The notes under the pieces were generated by a model. That model did no database searches. It saw nothing but the letters and a program-made list of their open reading frames with translations, and had not been told where the DNA came from. Source: the human T2T-CHM13v2.0 reference genome, Homo sapiens. Taken from it: a stretch of DNA of 64,000 nucleotides. The stretch lies in NCBI RefSeq assembly GCF_009914755.1, contig NC_060934.1. The stretch is one strand, 5' to 3'. Position 1 is the stretch's first letter; each line of letters begins with the position of its first letter. Made by a program: the position numbers and the translations under genes. Of the stretch, positions 41,460 to 55,913 are shown piece after piece.

Positions 41460-41547
41460 GTAACAGCTCTGTGGCTAGTAAATCTTATTCACACCTACTT
41501 GTGCAAATGCTAATATTATTTCCTAAATATCTTTTATATTTTTGCAG

Positions 41548-41653
41548 GATAATACTTTAATACTTGCTATTATTATTTAAACCAATTAAAGACACAAGAC
41601 TATCTAACCTAGAGAAAAATAAAAGAAGAAAAATTAAATTCAGCTTTACTTAG
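41548..41653 (+). pseudogene. Pseudo-exon (106 nt)
   Basis: 88-nt intron; acceptor cttttatatttttgcag; donor TAG/GTAATT. *YFNTCYYYLNQLKTQDYLT*RKIKEEKLNSALL. Confidence 0.55.
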
Positions 41654-42424
41654 GTAATTTTGGAGAGTTATAATTCTACAAGATGTGTATGCTTGTGATA
41701 TATAGGTAAGCAGTCTAGGCATAATTTACATCCTTTGCTATGCAGTGGGGGGCTGGAATTCTGCATCTCCGCCTGTGACTGGTTTAGTTAAGTGAATTCA
41801 ATTTAGAGGACAAAGATTAAGATACCTAAGTTTGTTGGGGTCACGTCACATTTTTTCAGCCAACCTTGCCTCCAATAACAATAATATCACATTTTGTTCC
41901 CCTTTAACTCTTGTATATGTTTCGCAACCGACTTGGAACTTGAAGAGGAAAAGGGATAATTTGTGTCCCCAAATCCCAGCAATACTCAATGAACAATTAT
42001 CTGATAAATGGAATGATGACTGGTTGAGTGACTAAGTGAGCCAAAGTGCTTCCCAATGATATGGAAGTTAATCTGTAGAGGTGTGATGAGTGTTTATACC
42101 AACCCAAAGAATAATGTTTGAGACATGTATAGGACAATAAAGGCATTTCTGTTCCAGTGAGGAAAAAGCCAGAATCAGGCTTTGAGTATACTTGGGAGGG
42201 TTGAATTCAGGATATTGATGAGTCTCTTTTAGGGGACAGTGGACTGCTGGGTGGCACTTTAGGAGAAACTCTATAATTCAATAAGAAAAGAGGATTTTGA
42301 GCACCCTGACATCTCTAGGTATAGCCTCAGCCACATACTTATCAGCCCTCTTGGCTCCACAGTAAATCTGAATCTTGTTTTATAATAACGCTGGTAAATG
42401 TTTATTTTGGTTTTAAAAATTTAG

Positions 42425-42558
42425 GAGATAAATTCAGTCTTGGGTTTATTCCATAAAATAAACATGCTGTTAGCAGAGGCTAAACTAGGATGGATTCTCG
42501 ATTGGTACTTCGGAAGTATAATCGGCCATGGGATTTTGTCCAAGGGCTATCAATGATC
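42425..42558 (+). pseudogene. Pseudo-exon (134 nt)
   Basis: Acceptor ...aatttag, donor ATC/GTATGT. DKFSLGFIP*NKHAVSRG*TRMDSRLVLRKYNRPWDFVQGLSMI with CGN Arg codons retained. Confidence 0.5.
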
Positions 42559-43275
42559 GTATGTTTTGGCTTTCTGTCTCTTTTTTCTACCTGATGCTCT
42601 ATCACTCAGGGTAGAATAAGAGAATGATTATTTTCCTAAGAGATTTGGGGAATTCAGTCTCGATGGCTCCACAATGTCCACACAGATGCTCTAGTTAAAA
42701 AAGAAGAAAGCCTTTGGTTTGGTGCCTTTATTTCACTCTATGTACTATTAGTTTCCATTCAATAAAAGGGAAATACAACATTTCTTTTTTCCCTTTGGTT
42801 TTCATCACGAACAGACACATTCAGAACTTTTACCAAGGCTGGTCCTTGAGGGTATTGTGCTACAGCTGTTTTTTATTCTTGCTCCTAGGTGGCCTTGCCG
42901 AAATAAAATTTTGCTCTTTAGATGCATAGATACTTGGTTGAAAGTGTAAGTAAATTGAGGGACTTCTAGTTTGCCTGAATAAATCTGTATTAATTTAAAC
43001 AATTAGAAATTTATAACTCCATAAGACCAAAGAAAGATAATTCAAAAAATTGGCTCATTGTATTTTAGAGCTAAACTTTCTTACTTTTAAAGACTATGGT
43101 GGCAATTAAATTGAATGTCTTAATCCTACAGACAAGGAGACTGGGGGGCAGAGATGTTAAGCCACATTCCTAATATAATATTCTATTCCATAGTCGTACC
43201 AGGATTAAAACCCAGCTCCCAGAGTCCAATACAAGACTCTTTTTCACTTAATGCCATGTGACTCCTTTCTTTTAA

Positions 43276-43393
43276 AAATAAAATAATGGGTTTGCTTTAC
43301 GAATGTCAACTGGCTGATGCATATAAGAAAGTCTATTATGGGAAATGTCAACCCACTTTGTGTTGCTGGAGATACAGAGATGCTTCTCAGATG
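43276..43393 (+). pseudogene. Pseudo-exon (acceptor AG apparently lost)
   Basis: Py tract ctcctttctttt without AG; donor ATG/GTAACT. MGLLYECQLADAYKKVYYG / EMSTHFVLLEIQRCFSD, ending in phase 1. Confidence 0.45.
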
Positions 43394-43514
43394 GTAACTC
43401 TTTGTGGGGTCCAGGAAATCTCTCTCTCCTCCCTCCTCACTGTTTTACATTATATTACCCCTCCTACCCGTGGGCTCCCACCTTCTTCTCCAATCAAGCC
43501 TCCTTTCTCCACAG

Positions 43515-43572
43515 AAGAGGTGGTCATAAAGACGTTAGTAAAAATGAATCTAGCTAAAGTTGCTGAATGCTT
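43515..43572 (+). pseudogene. Pseudo-exon, fully open (58 nt, phase 1-2)
   Basis: Acceptor cctcctttctccacag, donor CTT/GTGAGT. EEVVIKTLVKMNLAKVAECL. Confidence 0.65.
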
Positions 43573-43786
43573 GTGAGTCCTACTTTCATCAGCAAAAACA
43601 ACAATAAAGTTTGTCTTGCAGAAGGGTCCCAAGGACCTAACTCATCTTTTCTGATCTCAAAACTGAGACAAGCTCAAGTTGCTTGTGGAAACCTGTGTCT
43701 TTTCTTCCAAAGATAATAAGTAACAGACCCTCTGAGTGTCTGTTGAAAAGAAGAGAAAAGAGACTGTCTGCCTTTGTATTCCCCAG

Positions 43787-44070
43787 GGAGCAAAAGCTAT
43801 TGTGAGGAAGCAGACAGGCCTTGTGCTGCAGCCTGGCTCACAATGGCACATGCTAGTGACAAGAGACATAACATCGGAGCTGTGGCTCCTGCATGGCTGC
43901 AACTATTGATACAAGTTGTGTTGACTTGTAGTTATTACAGCTTCAATCGGGACACTGCATTCCAAATAGTAATCAGTACCATACAAACTTTTCCAATATG
44001 CACTCCTCAGTCTAATTAAGCAAAATGTAAATATACATTTGAAAGCAAGTTCTCCTTTATATGGAATAAA
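43787..44070 (+). pseudogene. Candidate terminal exon with stop and poly(A) signal
   Basis: Acceptor ctgcctttgtattccccag; in-phase continuation (L)EQKLL* (TGA 43803-43805); AATAAA 44065-44070 followed by a T-rich tract. Confidence 0.45.
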
Positions 44071-45454
44071 TTGCTTTATTTTTAAGTTAGTTTAGCATGT
44101 GACCAGAGTCAATGGAAGGAAAAGCAACATCTATTTTATTACTGATGGGAGGCAAGAATTTTAATATCCACAGATAAATTTAATGAGGACCATCTTTCTT
44201 ATCTTTGGAGGAATATAGTTTACATATGCAGTGCCTTTCAATCTAACATGTTTAAGTTCTATGTGTGTATATTTGCACATGAATAAAACAAAAAGCTAAT
44301 GAAATTAGAGTTTTAGAACTAGAGGGAAATGTAAATGTACCCTATTTCAGCTCTTCTGTCTTACAGTTCAATTTTCCATATTACAGTTCACACTCTTAGA
44401 AATTGAGATCTATAGGAGATTAGGAATCTGTCCATTAGTTGCAGAATAACAAATATTCAAATTCTTTAAAATTTTATATTCTGGTATATATTACCAAAAA
44501 ATTTATGAAAAAAAATTAAATAGAAATAATTAAATAACTTATTAATACCTATAAAAGTACTTGAATTACACACTGAATTATTAACATTTATTGCATTTTA
44601 ATACAATATGAAGGTAAAATGTATTTTGTGGTATGTGAAATTTCATGTTTTAAATATTTTTCTTGATTGATAACATTTTAACCAATCAGATCACCTCACT
44701 CACTGAATGCCTTGGCTAATAGAGAACTCTGAAATTTAATCCCAAAGTGGGCAATCCTGTGATATTCTGAATAATTTAGCCATTTTTCTCCTCATCTATT
44801 GGAGAAGAAATACATTTTTTTATTATCAAACAAATAGGCAAGATTTTTGAATGAATAAAATTATTTAGGTAATTTCTAATCTCCCCCTTTTACTGGTATA
44901 GACATAAATGGTATTGTTTTTTATTTGAAGGAAAGTTTTCATGTAAAGTTTTTAGCAAATTCTACTCTTAAAAGATTGTATATCACCAGAAAAGAATTAA
45001 AAACAAACCAGAGATGAAGAATGTAAAGAAGGAGTCTCTTGCAGCATGCCAGCAGAGGGGTGCAGGGTCACAAATAGCCTGTAAAAATCAAGTTTTGATG
45101 GAAGGAAGATGACAGGTTGATGACAACTGGAGAGAGGAAGTAGACTGAAATCCTCAGTTCTCAAACTTTAACATGGTAACTGGGGTACTTGCTTTAACTC
45201 AGATTCCTAGGTGCCACTTCAGAGATTCTTTAGCTCTGAGTTAAGGCACAGAAATCTGCAGTTTTAACAAGAAGTGCTAATGTACAGATGCAAGTGATTT
45301 GGGGCCATGCTTGAGAAATCCTAATTTAAATTATAGCACAGGGAATGTAGGTTATGTGAAAGAAAAAAACAAAGGACTGTGCAATTAACACCACAATAAA
45401 TTCCTGTGTGAAAAAGTGGACATTCTTTTCTAGAACAATATTTTGCAACAGTCA

Positions 45455-45823
<369 letters not shown>

Positions 45824-46632
45824 TCAATATTTAGAAATTCGTAGATTATTCTAACATGCAAAAAGGTGTTGCAGTACAAAACTCTAACTCTGTTTAAGTG
45901 ATTTTCTATATTTACTTAATCATGGAATGTATTTTTATTTAACCAGAATTCCTATTTGTATCCCATGATCCTATCCTCAGAAAAACCACTTAGGAAAACA
46001 ATAGAGTAATAGAGAAGTTTTGACCTTTTGAGCTGATATACAAGCACCTCTATTATCAAATGCCCCAAAAGCCTACTATTAAATCTCTTTACCTGTGAAT
46101 GAAGATGTTCAGGCCTTTGGGGGCTTTATACAGGGACACTCTGCTGTTGTTCTGGCTGAGTATTGTTTGAAAGATTCTTCTCTGTAACTAGGAAGCTCTA
46201 TTTATAATTTCTTATTTTTTCCCCTCCATGATTGGAAGTACTTTTAGCTATAGCAAGCTGTATTGAGTTTTCCAATTTAACTATTTCATGCCTATTTATA
46301 TATTGAGTCACATCATTTAGTTATCATTTTTGGACAGTGACAAAATGACAGTGGATAGGGTTTTCTCTTCTCTTTGTAGAAAACAAAACAAAACTCTTCA
46401 TAGAAAACACAGGATTTTCTGAATGATTCCAAAATAATTTGAAATCTGTCTTTTATTATGCTATATGATCTAACTCCAATCCTAGAATGATCAAGCCATC
46501 TCTGTCTCCATGGCTGCTTACAAACATCCGAGTTCTGCCAGAGAAAGCCACAGAAATAGACATAAGTTCTATTATGAATTCATGATCACTAAACTCAAAG
46601 AAGCCTTCACCCTACCAGTTAATTCTACTATA

Positions 46633-46973
46633 TAGTGGTTCCCCATTATTCATGGGGATACATTCCAAGATTCCCAGGGGATGCCTGAAACCACAGATAG
46701 TACTGAATCCTACATATACTATATTTTTTCCTATACATACATACCTGTGATAAAGTTTAATTTATAAAGTAGACACAGCAAAAGATGATCAACAATAGAA
46801 CAACTATAACAATATATTGTAATACAAATTATATGAATGTTGCATCTCCCTCTTTTTCTCTTTCTTCTCAAAATATCTTAATACTATGTATAATACCTAC
46901 CTCTTTTCAGACAGCAGTTAACCGTGGGTAACTAAAATCATGGAAAGTGAAATCCTGGATAAGAGAGGACTAC
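46633..46973. mobile_element. Tigger2a (MER28)-type DNA transposon; last TIR bases displaced to 47811-47816
   Basis: 'ggggatacattccaagattcccaggggatgcctgaaaccacagatagtactgaatcc' and TIR 'ggataagagaggactac|tg'. Confidence 0.85.
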
Positions 46974-47810
<837 letters not shown>

Positions 47811-48340
47811 CTACTGTACATCTCTCATACTCATCAATGACAACTACATTTTCACATTTTGTCTAACTCTCTTTTTCCCTCACCCCAAGATGAACCTCAA
47901 CCTTATGATCTACTTCATGAGAAACTAGAAGATATGAGTTGGAAATATCATGAAGCATAGAATCTTCACAGATCTGCCCCTCTACTGTCATTTTTCCTTT
48001 TTATTATAATTTAAGAGCCTTTCCTCTTCCTCTGTAAGGCTAATCCTTCCACAGGTACTCTGGCTTCCTTCCCGTCACAGCTCCTAAGGAATCACAGATT
48101 CATACCTTTCTCCTACTGAATATTTATTATGTATTATGAACCAGACAATATTCTAAATTCTAAGGATATACCTGTGGACAGATTAAAGATGCCTGCCTTT
48201 TAAAAAGTTGTATTCTAGTAAAATATTATTCTTTACATTATGTGTAATGCCTTCTTCATTTGTACATGCAATCTCTCTCTTTATCTGGATCATTTCCATT
48301 GGTTTTTCACAGTTTGCTTTTCATTTAAGAAAAGCAAAAC

Positions 48341-48640
48341 TGTCTGGGTGTGGTGGCTCACTCCTGTAATCTCAGCACTTTGGGAGGCCAATGCGGGCAG
48401 ATGGCTTGAGCTCACAAGTTCAAGACCAGCCTAGGCAACATGGTGAAACCTGTCTCTACAAAAAATACAAAAATTAGCTGGGTATGTGGTAGTGGGAGCC
48501 TGTAATCCCACCTTCTCTGGAGGCTGAGCATGAGAATCACTTAAGCCTAGGAGGCAGAGTTTGCAGTGAGTCGAGATTGTACCACTGCACTACAGCCTGG
48601 GTGATAGAACCAGACCTTGTCTCAAAAGAAAAAAAAAAAA
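48341..48640 (+). mobile_element. Old Alu (J/Sz-type)
   Basis: Dimeric Alu, TSD aaagcaaaa. Confidence 0.93.
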
Positions 48641-48727
48641 GCAAAATCAAATACTATAAATATCTCTCTCTCCAGCTATGGCCCTATATTATTGCTTCAT
48701 GCCACAGCCATACTTCTTAAGAGTTTA

Positions 48728-49066
<339 letters not shown>

Positions 49067-52000
49067 CTATTCTATTTACTCATCCTCTATTATTCCTTAT
49101 TTACAATATTACTTCTGCCTCTATTATTTCACTTAGATAGCTCTTATTTCAGACAATGAGTTCCAGTGTTGCTGGATTTCAGTATGCACTTTTCAGTCTT
49201 CATCCTCCTTACTTTTCAGTACATTTGATTCTGACAGGTACTTCCTGCAACACTCATTCCCCATTGATTTCTATGATACCATTCTTCCTTGGTTTCTTAT
49301 CCAGGAACTTCCTTTCTCTCTTCCTGGCTCATCCACTTCTACCAGTCATTATATTAAAATTCTTCATCGTTCAATATAGGCTCTCTTCTATCTCCTTTCA
49401 CTGTATGACTTTTCTGGAGAACTTCATTAAGGTTCTTGGTTTCAAATACCACTTACATGCTAGTGATTCACAAATTTGTATCTCTAACTTTCTCTGAGTT
49501 CCAAAGATAGAAGGTGGATACAAAGATAGATATTTGGCTAGTAGATATCCCATCTTGCATGCCTCAAAAGCATCTCAAAATGAACATATTTAGATTCAAA
49601 TTCATGACTCTTGAGAATTCCTTAGTCTTGTTTTCCTTCCAGTGTTCTCTATCTTCTGAAAATCAGAATCCTAGTAACCCGTCTACACTTCTCTCTCCCT
49701 CACCTCCCACATATAATGCACTACCATGTCCCGTTATTTGGCCTCTGAAATAAATTTCTACAATCCATCTACTTCGCTCCATTTTCACCACCATCCTGGT
49801 CAAGGTACAATTTCTCACCTAAAATTTATAATAACCTCCTAAATAAACAGCAGTATCTTATCTCTCTCCAATCTGTGCTCACTCTGCAGCAAGAACGTTC
49901 TTTTGAAAGGAAAAGCTGATCATATCATGTTCTTATTAAAAACCATCAACTGCATCCACTGTTTTTAAGATAAGAGTAGAACTAAAGTCTCTTTTGGTCT
50001 ACAAGTTTGCCTCGCCGCCATTTGCTCATTCCATTTCCCCTCTTTCTTTCCGCTCCAAATGCATTGGCTTGTTTTGTCCCTTATAAACTCTTGCTTTTCT
50101 TTGTCATTGGGCCTTTGTCTACATTATTTTCATCACCTGGAGTTCCTTTTTCTTATTTCTTTGCCTGATGCAATCTCTCTTTTATCTGGATCCTTTCCTC
50201 TTAATTTCCCATATATTAGCTCAAATTTGACTTCCTTAAGGGAGCCTTTCTCCTGCCCTGAATTAGATCAAATCTCTTTTTATTATACCATGTATTTCTC
50301 TTTTGTAGTTTTTTTGTAGGTATGTAATTTTTTGGTGTATATGTAGAAATGTACAACTTGCAGTTGTATGTTTATTTACATGATTACTTATGTTTCTTCT
50401 TACTAAATCATAAGTTCCATGAGGTCAAGGGTTATGAATGTTTTGTTCACCAATTGTCCTCAGCAGCTAGTACATACTTGACACTTTGTAGAACATATAA
50501 AATAACTTACTACTGTGACTTATGCAAGACATTTTGGCAGCAAAGGAAAGTACTGATTATGCCAGTGTTCTAGAAATTCAATATTAAGTGGCTTGAACTT
50601 ATGCTGATACATTTTTAATGATATTTTTATGATGTCTCTTAGGAGATGACTCAGGACAATCCATATGCAGTCCCCATCCTCCAATTTGAAATTTTAAAAA
50701 TTTCTATTTTTCGAATTAATCCTATAGTCTAGTATTAGAAAAATTTTTTGGAGGTTATAGGTGGCAAATAATTTTTCACACTGAATCTTAGAGGAAGTCC
50801 ATGATATTCTCCATGTAAACTTACAGTTACAGGAGACTCTCCAGGCTTCAAATGGTCCTGATACACAATAATTGCTCTAAACAACATTTTCCTTAGATCC
50901 TCATCATTTAATTTTTACTCCTCCATAGTGTGGAAATTATAATTCTTTCTCGTCTAAAAGGCTATCTTCATAAGGCTTTTTGCACTCCAATATGATATGT
51001 GAACTATTTATACATATATGAAATATATGTAAATATATTTACAGTTAAGTTTTATATTTAGATATAAATATATCATATTAAAATATATATTATATCAGAT
51101 ATACTTATTACATAAAGATAAATTCTATTTAGTATAAATATGTGTGAATTTGTAGTGTATATAATGATATGACATATAATTATGAGAATGAATTGGTGAT
51201 AAACAGGTGTTGGTAAATGTGTGAGGTTAACCAGGAACCAGGGAATCTTGTTGTGTTATTTTTTAGCTGAAATTGTACACTCTGTTTAGAGTTAGGCATA
51301 GGGAGAGTATGTATAAAACATTCTTATTCATTTTTCTTACTATTGTGTAGAGTTAAACATACATACAAAGCATTTATGAAGCAAGACAGTATACATACCT
51401 AATTCCTGGCAGAGTAACTAGGTGCTTATAGGAGTTTAAATTTAAAAGAGGAATCACAATTACCTGCCAACAATTTAATAAAAGCAGTGAAACATTTTAA
51501 TCTTGAAGATTTCCCATTATTTTTTAAAAGATATAATGTTTTTGTTAGAGAATCAGTATAAACTTTTTGTAGAAATTTAGAAAATTTCAGGCAAAAATAA
51601 ACACACATGCAAGTCTACTGGATAAAAGTAATCAATATTAACATTTTTATATATTTCTTTACCCAAAAGGGTAGTACAGAATATTCTGTCTTATAAATTG
51701 ATAGTATGGATTAATTTCCATGCCAATAAATATTCTTCCATAACATACTCTTTTATGGCTATATATTTATCTCTTTTGTGGATAAACCATGATTTCTTTA
51801 AATAGTCATGTAATGATGGGCACCTGTTTTGCTATTATAAACAATAAATGTGATTAGCTAAATGGTTAAAAATTTAGGGGGACATGTCAGGGGATATAGA
51901 CAGGAATACTCAAGATGTTATATAGGCTGAGCTGAGAAACACAGATGACTCTATCTTGGGAAACTTTAAAGGTACATGAGCTTCCCTATGGCAGAGCAAA

Positions 52001-52089
52001 GCCATGCAAATTGCTCAGATTGGATTAAGTGCAGGCTAAATATTTTGTGCTAACAAAAGTCTAAAGTTAAGGAAGGCAATATAGGAATA

Positions 52090-52335
52090 AAGTAATTAAG
52101 AATGATAACTATAGATTCAGACTCTATGGATAAAATTCCTAGCTTTCCCACTTACTATCTGGTGATACGGAGCAAGTCATTTCATTCCTCTGAGCCTCAG
52201 TTTCCTCAGATGAAAAATGAGAATAACTATGCCTAGCTAACAAAGTTGTCATAAAGATTGAGATGATGCATGTAAATGATAATCATGGTGCTTAGGATAC
52301 ACTAAATGTGTACCAAATGTTATCTATTGTTATTA
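52090..52335. mobile_element. MIR
   Basis: 'gagcaagtcatttcattcctctgagcctcagtttcctcagatgaaaaatgagaataac'. Confidence 0.8.
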
Positions 52336-54302
52336 TTTTGAGACACTTTGAAAACATATAAAACAAAAATTCTGAAATGCAAATCCTAAAATGGTACTAA
52401 ACATGAGTCTCTATAAACTTTCAAAAAGAAGATGACTTTTGTATATCCTAACACTTAAGATTATGGATTTGTTTTCTCCATGAGTTATAAGTTCTTTCCT
52501 CCGAGGGCTATGAGAGTCATCCCTGCTCTTGTTTCTTGTCTGCACACTCAGAGACTATGAATTTCTAGGCAGCGCCCACTCCACCCTCCACAAGCATTTA
52601 TTGAAAACAAACACATAGTACTTGGCTGCAATCTTCTAGTTCTTTCAAGAACAAACAAATTAAGAGAGATTTGGTCAATATCAATGCTCTTAACCAGAAA
52701 TCTATCTTAAGAAATATCTGAACTTTAATAAAAATGTACATTTACTTTTCTAGGGTTAGTGCCATAAAGATTAAATGAATATGCAGAGGGTCTTAAAAGG
52801 GTCTTAGTCCTTTTATGTTAAAAGCATTCTCAATCTGATGAAAGTAACACACACACACACACACACACCATCACACAAACATACAACCCCTAAGTCTAAT
52901 TGTTGCACGAAGAATCTCTGAGAATTTTGTGTTTGGGGGAAGTCCAAGGCAGGAGTGATGGTATGTGTCAGATACTCCTACTTCCTACCTAATACAAAAT
53001 CCTGCTAAGGAATATTGACAGTTTAAAGTAGAAGCAGAACGTTTTTGTGCAAAAAGCACTTGCTATTGCTTCTTCTAATATCTTGGATATTTCTTAGCAT
53101 CTCTGAGCTGCATTTTTTCTTATCTTGAGAAAATAAATAATGTAAGTGAGCTTTGGGTATTTTTGAAGCTTAAATGAGTAATATGTATGGAATCTCTCAA
53201 GTAGTTCCTTAATATACTACATTTTTACTCATTTCTATATAATCACATTATCAGAGCTAATCCTGGGGTAGAATTTATAGCAGATACTTGCCTGTTTTGC
53301 CTCTTTTGAGGAATTTGGCTTATGCTGAGCCAAGAAGATAAATGTGTATTTGGAACACAGATACTCTAAGTGTCTGAGGCCCTTGAACTGGGAGATCAGA
53401 GAGCATGTAGAGAGGAGTTAGATCATGTTTAAGTAAAATAAATTGGCCTATGGAAGAAAAAGAAAGAGGCAGTTGTCCAGATAGAAGCTGAGATGAGAAA
53501 AACATGAAGCACTTGACAGACCAAGAAAGTGAAGAAGTTCCTCAACTTCTATTTCATGTTCTAGCTACCAGTGAAACCTTTTTAAACTTCCTCTTTTTGC
53601 ATGGTATCACTGATGTTTTTATTCATTTATTACTGTATCCATCAGCACCCAACAAAGTGAAATAATGACCAGATAGATACAGTCCTTATAGAGCCTACAT
53701 ACATATCTGTGTTTTATTTCAATGATATCTCTTTCCTACTGATAACATCCTGTGTGTGTTTGGCTTCTCGCAACGGAACTGATTAAAACCCTGGGCAAAG
53801 TTAGAAAGCAGATGATACCATGTTCTTATAGAGAATCACCCTGAAGTCCGTATTATTTAATGTCCAAACGTGGGCTACTCCATCTTCCCCTTCAATGACA
53901 CAGCAAGTCTTTCCAGATCTCTCTACTTTCATTCCCTCTGTTTGTGGTAATTTCATACATTTTTTTTCAATAGGTTTTTAGGGGAACAGGTGGTGTTTGG
54001 TTACATGGATAAGTTCTTTAGTAGCAATTTTTGGGATTTTGGTACACCCGTAACCCAAGCAGGGTTAGTCTTTTATCCCTCACCCCCACTCCCAACCTTC
54101 CCCTAAGTCCCCAAAGTTCAACATGTCATTTTTATGCCTTTGTGTCCTCATAGCTTAGCTCCAACTTGTAAGTGAGAACATATGATGTTTGGTTTTTCCA
54201 TTCCTCGGTGACTTCACTTACAATAATGGTCTCCAGCTCCATCCAGGTTGCTGCGAATGCCATTATTTCCTTCCTTTTTATGGCTGAGTAGTATTCTATG
54301 AG

Positions 54303-54303
<1 letters not shown>

Positions 54304-54343
<40 letters not shown>

Positions 54344-54668
54344 ACTATATATATAACTATATATATATAACTATATATAACTATATATATAACTATATAT
54401 ATAACTATATATATATATAACTATATATATAACTATATATATATAACTATATATATAACTATATATATATAACTATATATATAACTATATATATATAACT
54501 ATATATATAACTATATATATAACTATATATATAACTATATATATAACTATATATATAACTATATATATATAACTATATATATAACTATATATATAACTAT
54601 ATATATAACTATATATATAAAACTATATATATAATTATATATATATATATAACTATATATATATATAA
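54304..54668. repeat. (TG)n followed by (TATATATAAC-like)n micro/minisatellite in L1 3'UTR
   Basis: Direct reading: ~330 bp of TA runs punctuated by AC. Confidence 0.97.
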
Positions 54669-55744
54669 TTTTATCCACTCATTGATTGATGGGCACTTGG
54701 GCTGGTTCCATATTTTTGCAATTGCAAATTGTGTTGCTATAAACATACATTTGCAAGTGTCTTTTTCATATAATGATTTCTTTTCCTCTGGGTAGATACC
54801 CAGTAGAGGGATTGCTGGATCAAATGGCAGATCTACTTTTAGTTCTTTAAGGAATCTCCGTACTGTTTCCCATAGTGGTTGTACTAGTTTATATTCCCAC
54901 CAGTAGTGTAAAAGTGTTCCCTTTTCACCACATTCATGCCAACATCCATTATTTTTTGATTTTTTAAATTATGGCCATTCTTGCTTGAATAAAGTGATAA
55001 TGCATTGTGGTTTTGATTTGCATTTCCCTGCCCATTAGTAATGTTGAGCATTTTTTATATGTTTGTTGGCCATTTGTATTAATATCTTCTTTTGAGAATT
55101 GTCTATTCATGTCCTTTGCCTACTTTTTGGTGGGATTATTTGTTTTTTTCTTGCTGATTTGTATGAGTTCCTTTTAGATTCTGCATATTGGTCCATTGTT
55201 GGATGCCTAATTTGTGAAGATTTTCTTCCACTCTGTGGGTTGTCTGTTTACTTTGCTGATTATTTCTCTTGCTGTGTGGCATCTTTTTACTTTAATTCGG
55301 TCCTATCTATTTATATTTGTTCTTGTTGCATTTGCTTTTGAGTTCTTGGTTCTGAAGGCTTCACCTAAGCCAATTTCTAGGAGGGTTTTTTTCCGATATT
55401 ATCTTCTAGAATTTTTATGGTTTCAGGTCTTAGATTTAAGTCTTTGATCCATATTAGGTTGATTTTTATATAAGGTGAGAGATGACTGTCCAGTTTTATT
55501 ATTCTACATGTGACTTGCCAGTTATCCCAGCACTATTAGTTGAATAGGGTGTCCTTATCCCACTTTATGTTTTTGTTTGCTTTGTCAAAGGTCAGTTGGC
55601 TATAAGTATTTGGTTTTATTTCTGGATTCTCTTGGGTTCCATTGGTATAAAGATGTGCCTATTTTTATACCAGTACCATGTTGTTTTGGTGACTGTAGCC
55701 TTATAGTACCCACTCAGACCACAGTGGAATAAAATTGGAAAGCA

Positions 55745-55913
55745 GGCCAGGCACAGTGGCTCACGGCTGTAATCCCAGCAATTTGGGAGGCCGAGGTGGG
55801 CAGATCACAAGGTCAGGAGATTGAGACCATCCTGGCTAACATAGTGAAACCCCATCTCTACTAAAAATACAACAATTAGCCAGACATGGTGGTGTGTGCC
55901 TGTAGTCCCAGCT
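55745..55913 (+). mobile_element. 3'-truncated Alu (Sc/Y-type) in L1
   Basis: Left arm plus start of right arm, then L1 ORF2 resumes ('ggaaccctcaaaaccatgc'). Confidence 0.9.
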
